Source: Akkermansiaceae bacterium
GTDB taxonomy: Bacteria > Verrucomicrobiota > Verrucomicrobiia > Verrucomicrobiales > Akkermansiaceae
Direction of reading: 5' to 3'
Length of the DNA stretch: 64,000 bases
NCBI GenBank assembly: GCA_031425955.1
Contig: JANPKJ010000143.1
Coordinates: 14,239-78,238, forward strand
Shown: positions 49,502 to 59,267 of the stretch, piece after piece
Layout: each line of letters begins with the position of its first letter
How positions within the stretch are numbered: position 1 is the stretch's first letter
The notes under the pieces: model-generated
What the model saw: the letters and a program-made list of their open reading frames with translations, nothing else
What the model was told of the DNA's origin: nothing
The model's database searches: none
Program-made: the position numbers and the translations under genes

Positions 49502-49972
49502 TCAAGCCACCGCTTCTTGAAGCACTTCGGGATGTTTCAACGCGATGGAGATCAGCATACGGGCCGCACCGGAAGGTTCGCGTTTTCTCTGCTCCCAACT
49601 GCGGAGAGTCCTGAGTCCGATTCCGAGGAGATCGGCGAAGCCTTCCTGGGTGAGGTCGAGGGAATGGCGGACCTTGGCAACCTCGCTCTTGGCTGCCTGA
49701 GCTTGGCTGAGATTTTCCGATTCGTTCTTGGCGTAGAGGTCGAGACGGAGGATGCGATGATCGTCGGTGATTCAGTAGCAAATCACATGCGCACCGCCCC
49801 GTTTTCCCCGGCCCTTGGCGGCCCAGCGGGGGTTGCGGCAGCCACCGGAACCGGGAATAATGTCGCCGGCGTCGGGTTGCTCCGTCCAATACATCCGGAT
49901 TGCGAAGATCCGATCGTCACTGATCAGGCGGAGTGCTTTTTCGTTGAAATCGGGATCTTTCTCAAAGGTCAC
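49502..49972 (-). pseudogene. Degraded HigB/RelE toxin fused in frame to a HigA-type HTH antitoxin C-terminus
   Basis: PDAGDIIPGSGGCRNPRW...GKRGGAHVICY, TGA at 49772-49774, then in frame ITDDHRILRLDLYAKNESENLS...VRHSLDLTQEGFADLLGIGLRTLRSWEQRKREPSGAARMLISIALKHPEVL. Confidence 0.85.
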
Positions 49973-50376
49973 ATCGAAATTCTACGGATGATTTCACAGC
50001 GGGAAAGGTCATACTAATTATTATTTCGAGGAAGGGGAGTGAATGGCTTCAAACCACCTTCAAATGGCGGACAGCTTTGGTTTTCGATTTGGCGGCAAGC
50101 ATGGCGTGGCGGCGGTTGAGATCGGGCGCTCTCGGAATTTTGGGGAAATCGATCGCTCCAGCCCTGATCAAGTCCGTTGTCCTCCCCCACATGCCAGCTT
50201 CTTTTTCGCAAAGGCCACCGCTGGCGACCTCAAAGGCACCGATGATAACGGACGTGAAATCATGAACGCGGGAACCTGCATGCCGATTGGGGAAGATGGT
50301 TTCACCCGGTTGGGGGATGGCTAAAGCTGCTATCGGTGCTAAAAAGAATGCAGGACTATCAAACCCGCTCCCAACC

Positions 50377-51168
50377 ATGATCAAGAAAGCATACCTGTCA
50401 TTTGTCGTCTGCCTTGCTGCCATGCAGGCCGGATTTTCCGAGCCCCTGTTTACTCAGAAAGGCAGCGATCCAACATTCGAGGAGGTGCTGAAATCCGGAA
50501 AACTGCCGAAAGGGGAAAACTCGACGCTCGGCGTGCAAGGATCCTCCATCGAAGTGAACCGCCAACTCGTGGGAGTCACTCCGGAGGCGAGGCGGGCGTT
50601 TACCAAAGAAATCAAAATTCACACGCTGGGGAACAGCGTGATTCCGCGCAAGGACTTCGGGAAATGGTCACGCTGGTATCAGGAGGATGGAAGCACCCAG
50701 GTGTTCAGGCTGTTCAAGGACGAGGAGAACGTGCGCAACTCGCGCGCCATGGCTGCGCGCGTCGAGGCCTTCAGCGATGTGAAGTGGAAGCGTGGCGACT
50801 GGCACGAATGGAGCGGCACCTACACCCTCGTGAAGCCGCATGGCGCCGCGATTTTCCAGGCGAAGAATCCAATCAATGACTGGTCGGTCCAAATCAACGC
50901 GAACTCCGCCGGTGATGTCTCCCTCAATCATCGCCGGGGTGAGGACAAGGTGATCGCCAAGGGAATGGTGGGAAAACCCTTCCACATCCGGGTGCGGGAC
51001 AACGGTCATGAATACGAAGTCTATTTGAACGGCGAAAAGGTCGGCGAGGGGGCATTCGAGAGGCCCGAAGGAGAAACCTCATTCCGCTGGGGCATGTATC
51101 TCGGCAAGAGTGCGGTGAAACATGATGCCATGATCTTCGTCTCAGGTGCGACGGTGGATGGCAAGTGA
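50377..51168 (+). CDS. Polysaccharide lyase family 7-like protein
   Basis: Signal peptide; ARVE, IFQAK and FRWGMY in positions of the PL7 R-x-E, QIH and YFKAG.Y motifs. Confidence 0.65.
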   Translation: MIKKAYLSFVVCLAAMQAGFSEPLFTQKGSDPTFEEVLKSGKLPKGENSTLGVQGSSIEVNRQLVGVTPEARRAFTKEIKIHTLGNSVIPRKDFGKWSRWYQEDGSTQVFRLFKDEENVRNSRAMAARVEAFSDVKWKRGDWHEWSGTYTLVKPHGAAIFQAKNPINDWSVQINANSAGDVSLNHRRGEDKVIAKGMVGKPFHIRVRDNGHEYEVYLNGEKVGEGAFERPEGETSFRWGMYLGKSAVKHDAMIFVSGATVDGK

Positions 51169-51182
51169 TCGCCCTCCGCGTC

Positions 51183-52937
51183 TTATTCCACCACCACGAC
51201 GCTGGCGGATCCGGAGACCGCTTCATCGACATGCCAGCGGGCTCCGATTCGCTTCGCGGTCGCGGGCTCGCCGTTGATCGAAACTCCCGTCGAAGCGGGC
51301 GAAGCGGGAAGTTCGAGCTTGGCGCTCATGCCGACTGGAAGATCGAGGCGCATTTGGAATAATGACTTGTTTTCCCAGCCCACTTCGATCGGTCCTAACG
51401 GGGTGGGGATCTTACCTTTGGCATAGGAGAGTGTTCCGGTGTTAGGGCGAATGCGCGCCAGCTTCCAACCGGGCGTGACCGCACCGGCACCCAGAACATA
51501 CCGGGGAAACAAGTTGGCCGGGGCGGCTCCCCAGGCGTGGTTCCAATCCTGGTTGGGCTTGTATTTCATGTCCCACGCCTCCCAGGTGATCGTGGCTCCG
51601 CTTTCCACCATGTGCCGCCAGCTGCGGTCGGTGGGTGCGGTGATGAGTTCCAGCGCACAGGTGCCGGCTTCGTGGGCGAACAGACCGTCCATCAGATACT
51701 GCGCTGCATAGACCGAGCATGCCATGCCGCGTCTTTTCACGGCATGGACCACCGCCGGGACGTATTCGGCGGGGACCAGGCCGAAGGCGAGAGGAAACAG
51801 GCTGGCATGTTGGGACGAGTGATCGGTGCCCTCCCCGTCGCGGTAGGCTCCCTTGGTGCGATCGAAGAGTAGGAGTTGGAATGACGCGTGCGCTGTGGCC
51901 GCCATGGCGCTGTATTCGGCGGCTTCCGCGTCTTTACCGAGCGCGGCGGCCATTTCCGACATCATCCCGAGCGAGCGGATGTGGAAGGCATTGACGACGG
52001 TGTTGACCGGTTTGAACACAAAGCCGTCGCGCTCCTTCAGCGGCCAGTCCACGATGTCGAGTTTCTTGATCTGTGCCTCGCTGCTGACGAGCAGTCCGTC
52101 CCCGCGGGTTTTCTCTAGCAGGAGCTTGGGCTTGAGTGATTCGTAGCGGGAGGAAAGCCACCCGGTGTTCCCGGTGTGGCGGTAATCCGCATGTGCCATG
52201 AAGATCATGTGAAAGGACCACTCGGTCGGCCAGGTGGGATGTTTCATCAGTAGATCGAAGGTGTCGCGCGCCATCTGGATGTCGTGATCGGTCGAGTAAT
52301 GACTCAGTTGATTCAGGTAGGCGTCCGCTTCGTAGGGAATGCGCTCGCGGTCGCCGTCGACATAGACGCCGGCAAAGGTGGTGGCTTTGATCGAGTAGCG
52401 GCAGAGGTCCCAGATGCGGTTGAGCATCTCGTCGGAGGATTCGAAGGCTGCGGCTTGGTCATCCCAAGTGCTGGCGAAGGCGGATTTTCGGACGATGTTT
52501 TTCGGGCTGAGTTCGCCCGGCCAGCCCTCGATCTCGACCCAGCGGAAGGGCAGGACCGCGCCCCATGCTGGGGGTGTTAGGACGGCGGGAGGTGTATTCG
52601 GTCTGTCGTTCTGCGTGTTGCGTTCATCGGCGGGTGGCGCGGAGCGGAGCGGGTCACGTCCTTTGAGGTGGAGCTCTGTCCTGGCATAGCGCACCGTTCC
52701 CGGCGGCATGCGGTTGATGCGGCCATTCTTCAAATCCTCGCCGAAATGCACGGTCACGGGATGGTCGGCACCCGCAGGCGGGGTGAGATGAATGTTGCCG
52801 AATGAAACCCGGCCGAAGTCGATGAGGATCACATCGGGTTTCACTTGGGTGATGGAGACCGGAGCCTCATCGACCAGATGGACCGGAGCGGCGACACAGG
52901 CGGCGGCGAGTGCGATGATAAAAAGGATTGGCTTCAT
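51183..52937 (-). CDS. GH78 alpha-L-rhamnosidase
   Basis: DGDRER.PYEAD, IVDWP, ATITWEAW, NHAWG..P, G.IPTP.G.I.V.W. Confidence 0.88.
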   Translation of the reverse strand: MKPILFIIALAAACVAAPVHLVDEAPVSITQVKPDVILIDFGRVSFGNIHLTPPAGADHPVTVHFGEDLKNGRINRMPPGTVRYARTELHLKGRDPLRSAPPADERNTQNDRPNTPPAVLTPPAWGAVLPFRWVEIEGWPGELSPKNIVRKSAFASTWDDQAAAFESSDEMLNRIWDLCRYSIKATTFAGVYVDGDRERIPYEADAYLNQLSHYSTDHDIQMARDTFDLLMKHPTWPTEWSFHMIFMAHADYRHTGNTGWLSSRYESLKPKLLLEKTRGDGLLVSSEAQIKKLDIVDWPLKERDGFVFKPVNTVVNAFHIRSLGMMSEMAAALGKDAEAAEYSAMAATAHASFQLLLFDRTKGAYRDGEGTDHSSQHASLFPLAFGLVPAEYVPAVVHAVKRRGMACSVYAAQYLMDGLFAHEAGTCALELITAPTDRSWRHMVESGATITWEAWDMKYKPNQDWNHAWGAAPANLFPRYVLGAGAVTPGWKLARIRPNTGTLSYAKGKIPTPLGPIEVGWENKSLFQMRLDLPVGMSAKLELPASPASTGVSINGEPATAKRIGARWHVDEAVSGSASVVVVE

Positions 52938-52970
52938 GAGTGGAGATAGTTAGATCGTGATCAACGGGTC

Positions 52971-54983
52971 TCAGTCTTGATGAAAGACCTGCTTGAGTGA
53001 GGACCGGACGGGGGAGTTGTCGGGGTTCACCTCCATGATGTCGGCCATGTGCGCCCACCATTTTTGCATCAGTTCGGTCCTGCGCAGTTCGGCGGCGGTG
53101 TTGTGGGCCGCGAGCTTTTGGACGGCGAACAAAGTGCCGGTTTCCTCATCGAGAAAGATCGAATAATCGCTGATCCCCGCGTCGCGGATGGCCTTGGAAA
53201 GTTCGGGCCAGATGGTGTCGTGGCGCTTTTTGTATTCGGCACCCATGCCGGGTTTGAGTTTCAGTTTCGCGGCGGCGATGGTGTGGCCCGCCGCGTTCGG
53301 CGGAGTTGCGGCTCCGGCCTTGGCATTCGGATCCACGGCGGTTGGGGCCGGGGTTTTGGGCGGGTCTTGCTGGGCGAGACGGCGAAGTTGATCGGTCTGC
53401 TTCAGCCATGCGAGCTCTAGCTCCATAACCTTCGCCGGATTGGATTCGGCCAGATTCTTGGTTTCGCTGCGGTCCGTGCGGAGATTGTAGAGTTCCCATG
53501 GTTCCTCGAACTTGCCGACCAGCTTCCAGTCTCCCGCAATCACCGCGCGGTGGCCGTCATGAAAGAACCAGAGGGGTGCGCGCGCCATCGAACCATCCAC
53601 GGCGAAGGATGGAGTCAGGCTTTTGCCAGGCAGGGGAGGTGCGGTCAGTCCGGCGACGGTCGCGGGTGGCTGGCTCTCTGTGATGTCGAGCACTGTTGGG
53701 ACAATGTCGATCAAATGCCCGGGGTCGCCGCGCAACTCGCCGCGCGCATTGATTCCGGCGGGCCAATGCACGACCAGCGGGGTGGAGATGCCGCCCTCGT
53801 GCGTCCAGGACTTGTGCAGCCGGAAGGGGGTGTTGGAGGCGCTCGACCAGCCGGCGCCCAGACCGAGATAGGATTTTGCCGAGCCCATCGGTGCGGACGG
53901 GTCATTGCCGTCGCCGCGCAGGATCTGCTCGGGGCTTGCGCCGTTGTCGGAGACGAACATGACGAGCGTGTTGTCCAGCGCGCTCATGGTTTTGAGCTGG
54001 GCTAACACGCGGCCGATTTCGATGTCCATGCGGTGCACCATGGCGGCGTGGATGGCCATCTTGGCGGCTTGGAATTTTTGCTGGTCCGGCGTCAGGCTGT
54101 CCCAGGTGAGAGCGGGGGCGAGTTCGTTAGGGCTGATTTCCTTCTGCATTTCGGCAGCGGTGAGATTCCACCGCGGAACCGTGCCCGGTTCGAGGGGGGA
54201 GAGCGCGCAATCGACAATGCCGAGCTTTTTCATGCGGGCCAGCCGTTGTTCGCGGATGACATCCCAGCCGGATTGATAGACGTTTTTGTAAACCTCGATG
54301 TCTTCCGGTAACGCCTGCAACGGAAAGTGAGGCGAAGTGAACGCCAGGTATTCGAAGAACGGCTTGTCGGGAAATTTTTCCTGATGCTCCCGGAGGCACT
54401 TGATGGCTTGATCCGCGATGTAAGTGGTCGAGTAGTAGCCGCTGCCTGCATCCACTGGCGGCAATTTCACGTCGTCCTCGAAATGGTTCTGCGGGCTGAA
54501 GAAGCGGTTGTGATCTTCAAGCGAGTAGGAGCGGTCGAAGCCGGCGGGCAGGCGGTCGCCATCCATGTGCCATTTTCCGGAATGATAGGAACGGTAGCCC
54601 AGCGGCTGGAGATAGGCCGGCAACATTTGCGCCCAGCGCGGGCGGACGCCGTTCGCGCCGCTGGTCACGCCGAGCATGCCGTATTCGCCGCGGGCCACTT
54701 CCGGCAGCAGATCCCGGCGGATCGCCTGGGGGTAGTGGCCGGTGAGCAGGGACGCGCGTGATGACCAGCAGCGCGAGGTGGTATAGAACCGGGTAAAACG
54801 AAGACCATCCTCCGCGAGCCGGTCGAGGTTCGGAGTTTGGATCTCGCCGCCATAACAACCGAGATCCGAGAAGCCCATGTCATCGGCGACGATGAGCAGG
54901 ATATTGGGCGTGTCTGCACGCGCTCCGGCCACCCTGGCGAATGCGGAGGAGAGACAAATCAGAAAAACAAACCATGATTTCAT
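52971..54983 (-). CDS. Arylsulfatase fused to C-terminal L-rhamnose mutarotase (RhaM-like) domain
   Basis: PNILLIVADDMGFSDLG, CWSSR, SDNG; Pro/Ala linker; KLKPG..AEYKKRHDTIWPEL..GISDYSIFLD..WWAHMADIM..NPDNSP..LKQVFH. Confidence 0.9.
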   Translation of the reverse strand: MKSWFVFLICLSSAFARVAGARADTPNILLIVADDMGFSDLGCYGGEIQTPNLDRLAEDGLRFTRFYTTSRCWSSRASLLTGHYPQAIRRDLLPEVARGEYGMLGVTSGANGVRPRWAQMLPAYLQPLGYRSYHSGKWHMDGDRLPAGFDRSYSLEDHNRFFSPQNHFEDDVKLPPVDAGSGYYSTTYIADQAIKCLREHQEKFPDKPFFEYLAFTSPHFPLQALPEDIEVYKNVYQSGWDVIREQRLARMKKLGIVDCALSPLEPGTVPRWNLTAAEMQKEISPNELAPALTWDSLTPDQQKFQAAKMAIHAAMVHRMDIEIGRVLAQLKTMSALDNTLVMFVSDNGASPEQILRGDGNDPSAPMGSAKSYLGLGAGWSSASNTPFRLHKSWTHEGGISTPLVVHWPAGINARGELRGDPGHLIDIVPTVLDITESQPPATVAGLTAPPLPGKSLTPSFAVDGSMARAPLWFFHDGHRAVIAGDWKLVGKFEEPWELYNLRTDRSETKNLAESNPAKVMELELAWLKQTDQLRRLAQQDPPKTPAPTAVDPNAKAGAATPPNAAGHTIAAAKLKLKPGMGAEYKKRHDTIWPELSKAIRDAGISDYSIFLDEETGTLFAVQKLAAHNTAAELRRTELMQKWWAHMADIMEVNPDNSPVRSSLKQVFHQD

Positions 54984-56380
54984 CAGTTGATTGAATTGGG
55001 TTCGGTTTTTTTCACGGGATCGGGATCCTGTTTTGCCTCGCCGGCGGGGAATTGATAGAGGCGCAGCTCGGACGGCGGGGGCACCTCGCGAACTTCCTGA
55101 TCGCGGTTGGGTCCGAGTGTTTCCCAGCGCAGCACCCAGCGATCCCCCCCGGATTGCGAGACCTCTGTGCGGACCGCGAGGCCGGGGAAAGTGGCGGCGG
55201 GTTTTCCAGCGCCCTGCGGGAGCGTGGACTCGGACCCCGGGAGGGTGTCGATGAGTTCCAGCGAGGTGCCATCAAGAAGCCAACGGCCCGACCCCGCCTG
55301 CTTCGTTGAGAAAGTCGCCAACAGATTTCCGCCATGAGCCGGTGATGGTGCGCCGAGCGTCACTTGCCTGCCTTGCGAGCCGTTACCGGAAAAATCCCAA
55401 CGGAAGTTCCAATCGCTGACCTGCTTGGAGATCCAATGACCATCCGGATCCGGGCGGGCGACGAATGCTTGGGACTTCCCCTTGCGGTCGAAGCGATGGT
55501 AGAGGGCCACCGGACGCTTTTCGTGGTCGAAGCCCAGAGTTTGGCCGATGTTGATGAGTCCTTCGCCCGGTTTTGCCGGGTCGATCACTTCCGCGTTGAC
55601 CAAGGTCAGTGGCCGGGTGAGCGGCTTGCCGGAGCTGGTTTTCCAGTGAATCAAATCTTTGCTGCGGGCGTAGGACAGAGTGTGGTTGGTCATCGCGTCC
55701 GGTGTGTCGCGCCACATCCATAGCAAATGATACCAACCGTCCGGTCCACGCCGTGGTCCCAAGCTGTAGGCGCTTCGCTGACCCTCGCCGTCAAACAGGG
55801 GGCCGTCGAAGAAACGTCTCCATTCGTGCTTTTGCGGATCGTAGATGTTATAAAAATCGCTGCCATTGCCGCTGCCGCCATCCCGATAGCGGAAAAGGAG
55901 TTCCCCTGCGTCATTGATGAAAAATCCGGGATAGGTAACACTGGTCTCGCGGTCCCCGGTCATGCGGTCGATCCTGACGAGGGTGGTAAGATCGAACGGG
56001 CGCGAGGTCCGGTAGTAGACCAACGGATCCGCATGCATGTTGCCGGATAGATGCACGCAACCGTCACGGTCCAGCGCGAGGGTCAGGTAATTGTGACTGT
56101 CCCAGCCGATCACGTTGGACATGCGGTTCCGGCGGGTGACATCGATGCCTTCGGGGTGGACGGTTGTCCAGTCTGTCGCGCCGAGTTTACGCCCTTTCAC
56201 GGTAAGACGGCGTTCCGAATCAAAATAAGCAATGAACTGATGCCCGCGTTCGGTCAGGATGTCGAAGCCCACCGGGTGGCCGGACCAAACTCGATCGATC
56301 AAAACACCTTCACGAGTTTCAGCTGCCAGGCAGGTGACCGCCAGGGTGATCGGGAACAGAAGGTGATAGAATTGCTTCAT
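54983..56380 (-). CDS. BNR_4 propeller protein, PL25 ulvan-lyase-like
   Basis: WDSHN-x-GNMH (His pair 20 apart), TYP...YR (Tyr/Arg 16 apart), YRDGGSGNG; signal peptide. Confidence 0.7.
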   Translation of the reverse strand: MKQFYHLLFPITLAVTCLAAETREGVLIDRVWSGHPVGFDILTERGHQFIAYFDSERRLTVKGRKLGATDWTTVHPEGIDVTRRNRMSNVIGWDSHNYLTLALDRDGCVHLSGNMHADPLVYYRTSRPFDLTTLVRIDRMTGDRETSVTYPGFFINDAGELLFRYRDGGSGNGSDFYNIYDPQKHEWRRFFDGPLFDGEGQRSAYSLGPRRGPDGWYHLLWMWRDTPDAMTNHTLSYARSKDLIHWKTSSGKPLTRPLTLVNAEVIDPAKPGEGLINIGQTLGFDHEKRPVALYHRFDRKGKSQAFVARPDPDGHWISKQVSDWNFRWDFSGNGSQGRQVTLGAPSPAHGGNLLATFSTKQAGSGRWLLDGTSLELIDTLPGSESTLPQGAGKPAATFPGLAVRTEVSQSGGDRWVLRWETLGPNRDQEVREVPPPSELRLYQFPAGEAKQDPDPVKKTEPNSIN

Positions 56381-56390
56381 CAGACAGAAC

Positions 56391-58412
56391 TCAGTGGGTC
56401 GCTTTGGATTCAAGATATTTCAGCCAAGCAGACGAGGTGGTAATTTCTCCATCGCCCGCCCAGGCGAGGCCGGCGCGGTAGGAAACGCGGCCCTCGTCGT
56501 CAGGGCGGACGATGACAAGTGCGTGTTCGTTTTTACCAAGCTTGTCGGCAGCAGGAACGCGGAACGTGCGGATGACGGTGGCGGGATCCACAAGGACGCC
56601 GGTGCCAAGTGATTTTCCTGCCAGAGGTTCCCCGACGGCGATGATGCCATGCTCACCATCGAGCGTCATCGCCGCGCCCTTGTTCTGCGTGTTGAGGCCA
56701 ATGGCAACTTCGTAGGGGAGCTTTATGCCGGCCTTTTTGTTTCTGAATCGTTGGTTGGGTTGGGTGGAAAACGCCGATGTGATCTCGGACAAGCGTTCGC
56801 CGAGGCGCAGCCGGGTGGTGCGGTATTCGAACAGGGGTTTCCCATCCACCTTCACCGGATACTGATAGGTGGTGTGGAACTCGGCGACTTCCGGGCTGGT
56901 CCAGAGGATCTCGGCGGACTGATAGGTGTCGGCGGTGACGAGTTTGTCGTCGATCCAGAGTCCGATTCCTCCGCAGCCGCGGGTGTCGCCGACATGATAG
57001 GCGTCGAGTCCCTCTCCGTGATCCTTGTGATAGCTGATGCCTTGGATGAGGTCGGCGGAATACCACTTGTCGAGAATCGGGCGGGCGACCCGCTTGCACC
57101 AGGCGTCGATTCCGCTGTCTTCCGGGCCGGCCCGCAAGGCAGGGCCGTAAACGCGGAACGCTACCTTGTCATTCTCCCAAGCGAGGTCGTCTTTCCGCTC
57201 AGGAACCAGCCGTGCGTAAGCCCGCGGGCTGTGATCTTCGGCGACAAGTTTTTCAGCGGCGGCGAACAGTCGCGCGGGATCAGCGGCGGGTTGTCCTAAC
57301 AAGGGTAGAATCTCGCTGCCAGCGAGCAGGAAGGCCCCGGTGCCGTAATCCTGGGTGTTTCCCGCTTCGAGGTGGTCCGGGGCGGCACCGACCGGCTGCA
57401 CATATCCGACGAGTCCGTCCGGTTTCATGCGGGTCATCAATCCCGTCCACGCGCGGGTGACGGCGGGCAGGTGGGCGGCGCGGTCGAGCAGTCCCCGGTT
57501 GATTCCCCAAGCGAGGCCGAACGTGAAAAATCCGCTTCCGCTCGTTTCACCGGCGTCGATTTCCGTCGGGTCTAGCAAGCTGGGGTGCCACAATCCGTCC
57601 GACTGTTGGGCGGCGACGATGGCGGTGGTCATTTCCTTAAAGAGGGATTCATAGAAGCCCCGCTTGGGATGATCGTTCGGCAGGTGTTCGAGCATCAGGG
57701 CGAGTCCGCCATAGACCCAGCCGTTGCCACGGCTCCAGAAGGTCTTTTTGCCGCTGGGCGTTTTCTTTTCGAAAAACGTCGCGTCGCGATAGAACAGTTT
57801 TTCCGCAGGATCGTAGAGATGGTCGTAGGTGAACTGGAACTCGCGGTCGAGGAATTCAAGATACTTGCGGTCGCCGGTGGCCGTGAACAGGCGGGCGAGG
57901 GTGGGGGGCGCCATGTAGAGCGCATCGCACCAGGTCCAGCGGTCGCTGACGCCGACTCCTTGGGTTTTCGGCTTGCTGCCGTGGGCGAGCACCTCGGTCA
58001 CGGGATTGGCAATCACCTCGGACAAACGATCCCGCATCGGTTGCAGCCGCTCCTTGCGCGAGCGATCCATCAGATAGATATCAAGCCAGGCGTGGCCCAC
58101 CGCATGGTCATCCGCATGGTAGACGCGGTTCGACGGCGTCCATCCGGACTGGGTTCCCATGCGGATCACGGCAGCGAGGTATTTCGCGTCCCCGGTGGCG
58201 GATGCGGTTCGCAGCAGCCCGTCATAGAGTGGGGCGATGATCCAGTCCCGGATTTCGGTGCCGCTTGGGTTTGCGAGCTGCCAGTCGGCGGAGCGCTTCA
58301 AGGCGGCGGCGATCGGGGCGGGTTCCAAATTTGTTGCGGCAGAGAAATTTGATAGAGCCAGTGAAACCCAGCCCATCATCATGGCGCAAAGAGGGCGGGG
58401 GAGGCGAATCAT
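56391..58412 (-). CDS. GH105 unsaturated uronyl hydrolase + DUF4861-like C-terminal domain
   Basis: YHADD, WTWCDALYMAPP, FWSRGNGW, ETSGS, GYVQP.G; second domain ERKDDLAWEND..FRVYGP. Confidence 0.88.
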   Translation of the reverse strand: MIRLPRPLCAMMMGWVSLALSNFSAATNLEPAPIAAALKRSADWQLANPSGTEIRDWIIAPLYDGLLRTASATGDAKYLAAVIRMGTQSGWTPSNRVYHADDHAVGHAWLDIYLMDRSRKERLQPMRDRLSEVIANPVTEVLAHGSKPKTQGVGVSDRWTWCDALYMAPPTLARLFTATGDRKYLEFLDREFQFTYDHLYDPAEKLFYRDATFFEKKTPSGKKTFWSRGNGWVYGGLALMLEHLPNDHPKRGFYESLFKEMTTAIVAAQQSDGLWHPSLLDPTEIDAGETSGSGFFTFGLAWGINRGLLDRAAHLPAVTRAWTGLMTRMKPDGLVGYVQPVGAAPDHLEAGNTQDYGTGAFLLAGSEILPLLGQPAADPARLFAAAEKLVAEDHSPRAYARLVPERKDDLAWENDKVAFRVYGPALRAGPEDSGIDAWCKRVARPILDKWYSADLIQGISYHKDHGEGLDAYHVGDTRGCGGIGLWIDDKLVTADTYQSAEILWTSPEVAEFHTTYQYPVKVDGKPLFEYRTTRLRLGERLSEITSAFSTQPNQRFRNKKAGIKLPYEVAIGLNTQNKGAAMTLDGEHGIIAVGEPLAGKSLGTGVLVDPATVIRTFRVPAADKLGKNEHALVIVRPDDEGRVSYRAGLAWAGDGEITTSSAWLKYLESKATH

Positions 58413-58454
58413 GGTGCGTGGCGGATCTGAGGTGGTGGACGATGGACCGGGGTG

Positions 58455-59171
58455 TCACTCCAACTCCCCGAACATGGGAAGGCTGAACACCTTGAAGCCA
58501 AGGGTCTGGTCCGGGAACAGGAACAACATGTCGCGCGAGTTGGGATTGCCGGGAATGTAGCGGTCGTAACACGGCACGGGCTTCTTGTTCGCGTCAGGGT
58601 AAGCGACCATCATGCGATACATCCCGTTGTTTTCCAAAATCGGTTTGGCGACTTCCCGCTGCCCGGAATTGATGGTAAGTTTGTGGGTTCCGAGCAGCAC
58701 CATGCCGGGTTGCGTGCTGAAGTTGACGACCAATACAGATCCCTTGGTGAATCCCATCTTTTCGGGATCGACCACATTGGGGAGGTAAACTTTTCTCTGC
58801 GGATCCGCGATGAGCACCACCAGTGCGCGGCGGGCGGTTTCGGGGTATTGGAAGCGGCAGATGGATTTCAAGGTTCCCTCTTCCCGCAATGCCAGATGCA
58901 ATTCCCCCGTCTGAGCAGGCATCCAGTCGGTGATGAACGAGGGCCTGAGCGCGACCTTGCCGAGTTCCAGCCAGTTGCCCTTGTCGTCCTTGGACGCGAT
59001 GACGACCTCGTGATTCTCGGCAAGGCTGGAGACGCAGACGAAGCGCAGCTGCGGCTTGGTCTCCCGCCCGCTCGGCGCCTCGGCAGATTGTTGGCCCAGC
59101 GCGGGCAGTATCAATCCGAGAAAGAGAGCCGCGAATTTCAGGAATGGCCGGGATGGAAGACAATGGGACAT
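58455..59171 (-). CDS. Secreted hypothetical protein, paralog of 59268..59987
   Basis: Shares QL.F.CVSSLAEN.EV..AS.DD.G.W.ELG ... NPNSRD.LFL.PD.TLG..V.SLP.FG with its neighbour. Confidence 0.8.
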   Translation of the reverse strand: MSHCLPSRPFLKFAALFLGLILPALGQQSAEAPSGRETKPQLRFVCVSSLAENHEVVIASKDDKGNWLELGKVALRPSFITDWMPAQTGELHLALREEGTLKSICRFQYPETARRALVVLIADPQRKVYLPNVVDPEKMGFTKGSVLVVNFSTQPGMVLLGTHKLTINSGQREVAKPILENNGMYRMMVAYPDANKKPVPCYDRYIPGNPNSRDMLFLFPDQTLGFKVFSLPMFGELE

Positions 59172-59267
59172 GAGTGGATGGGAACCGATGGGGTGGAATT
59201 CGATCTGCGGATTGCGGAATCTCGTGGTGAGAATATTCCGCAAACTGAGTGAGGTTTGGAGTTCGTG

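Noticed and set aside
49772-49774. Programmed TGA readthrough or selenocysteine in the toxin
   Set aside because: No supporting signal; other signs of decay make a nonsense mutation more parsimonious
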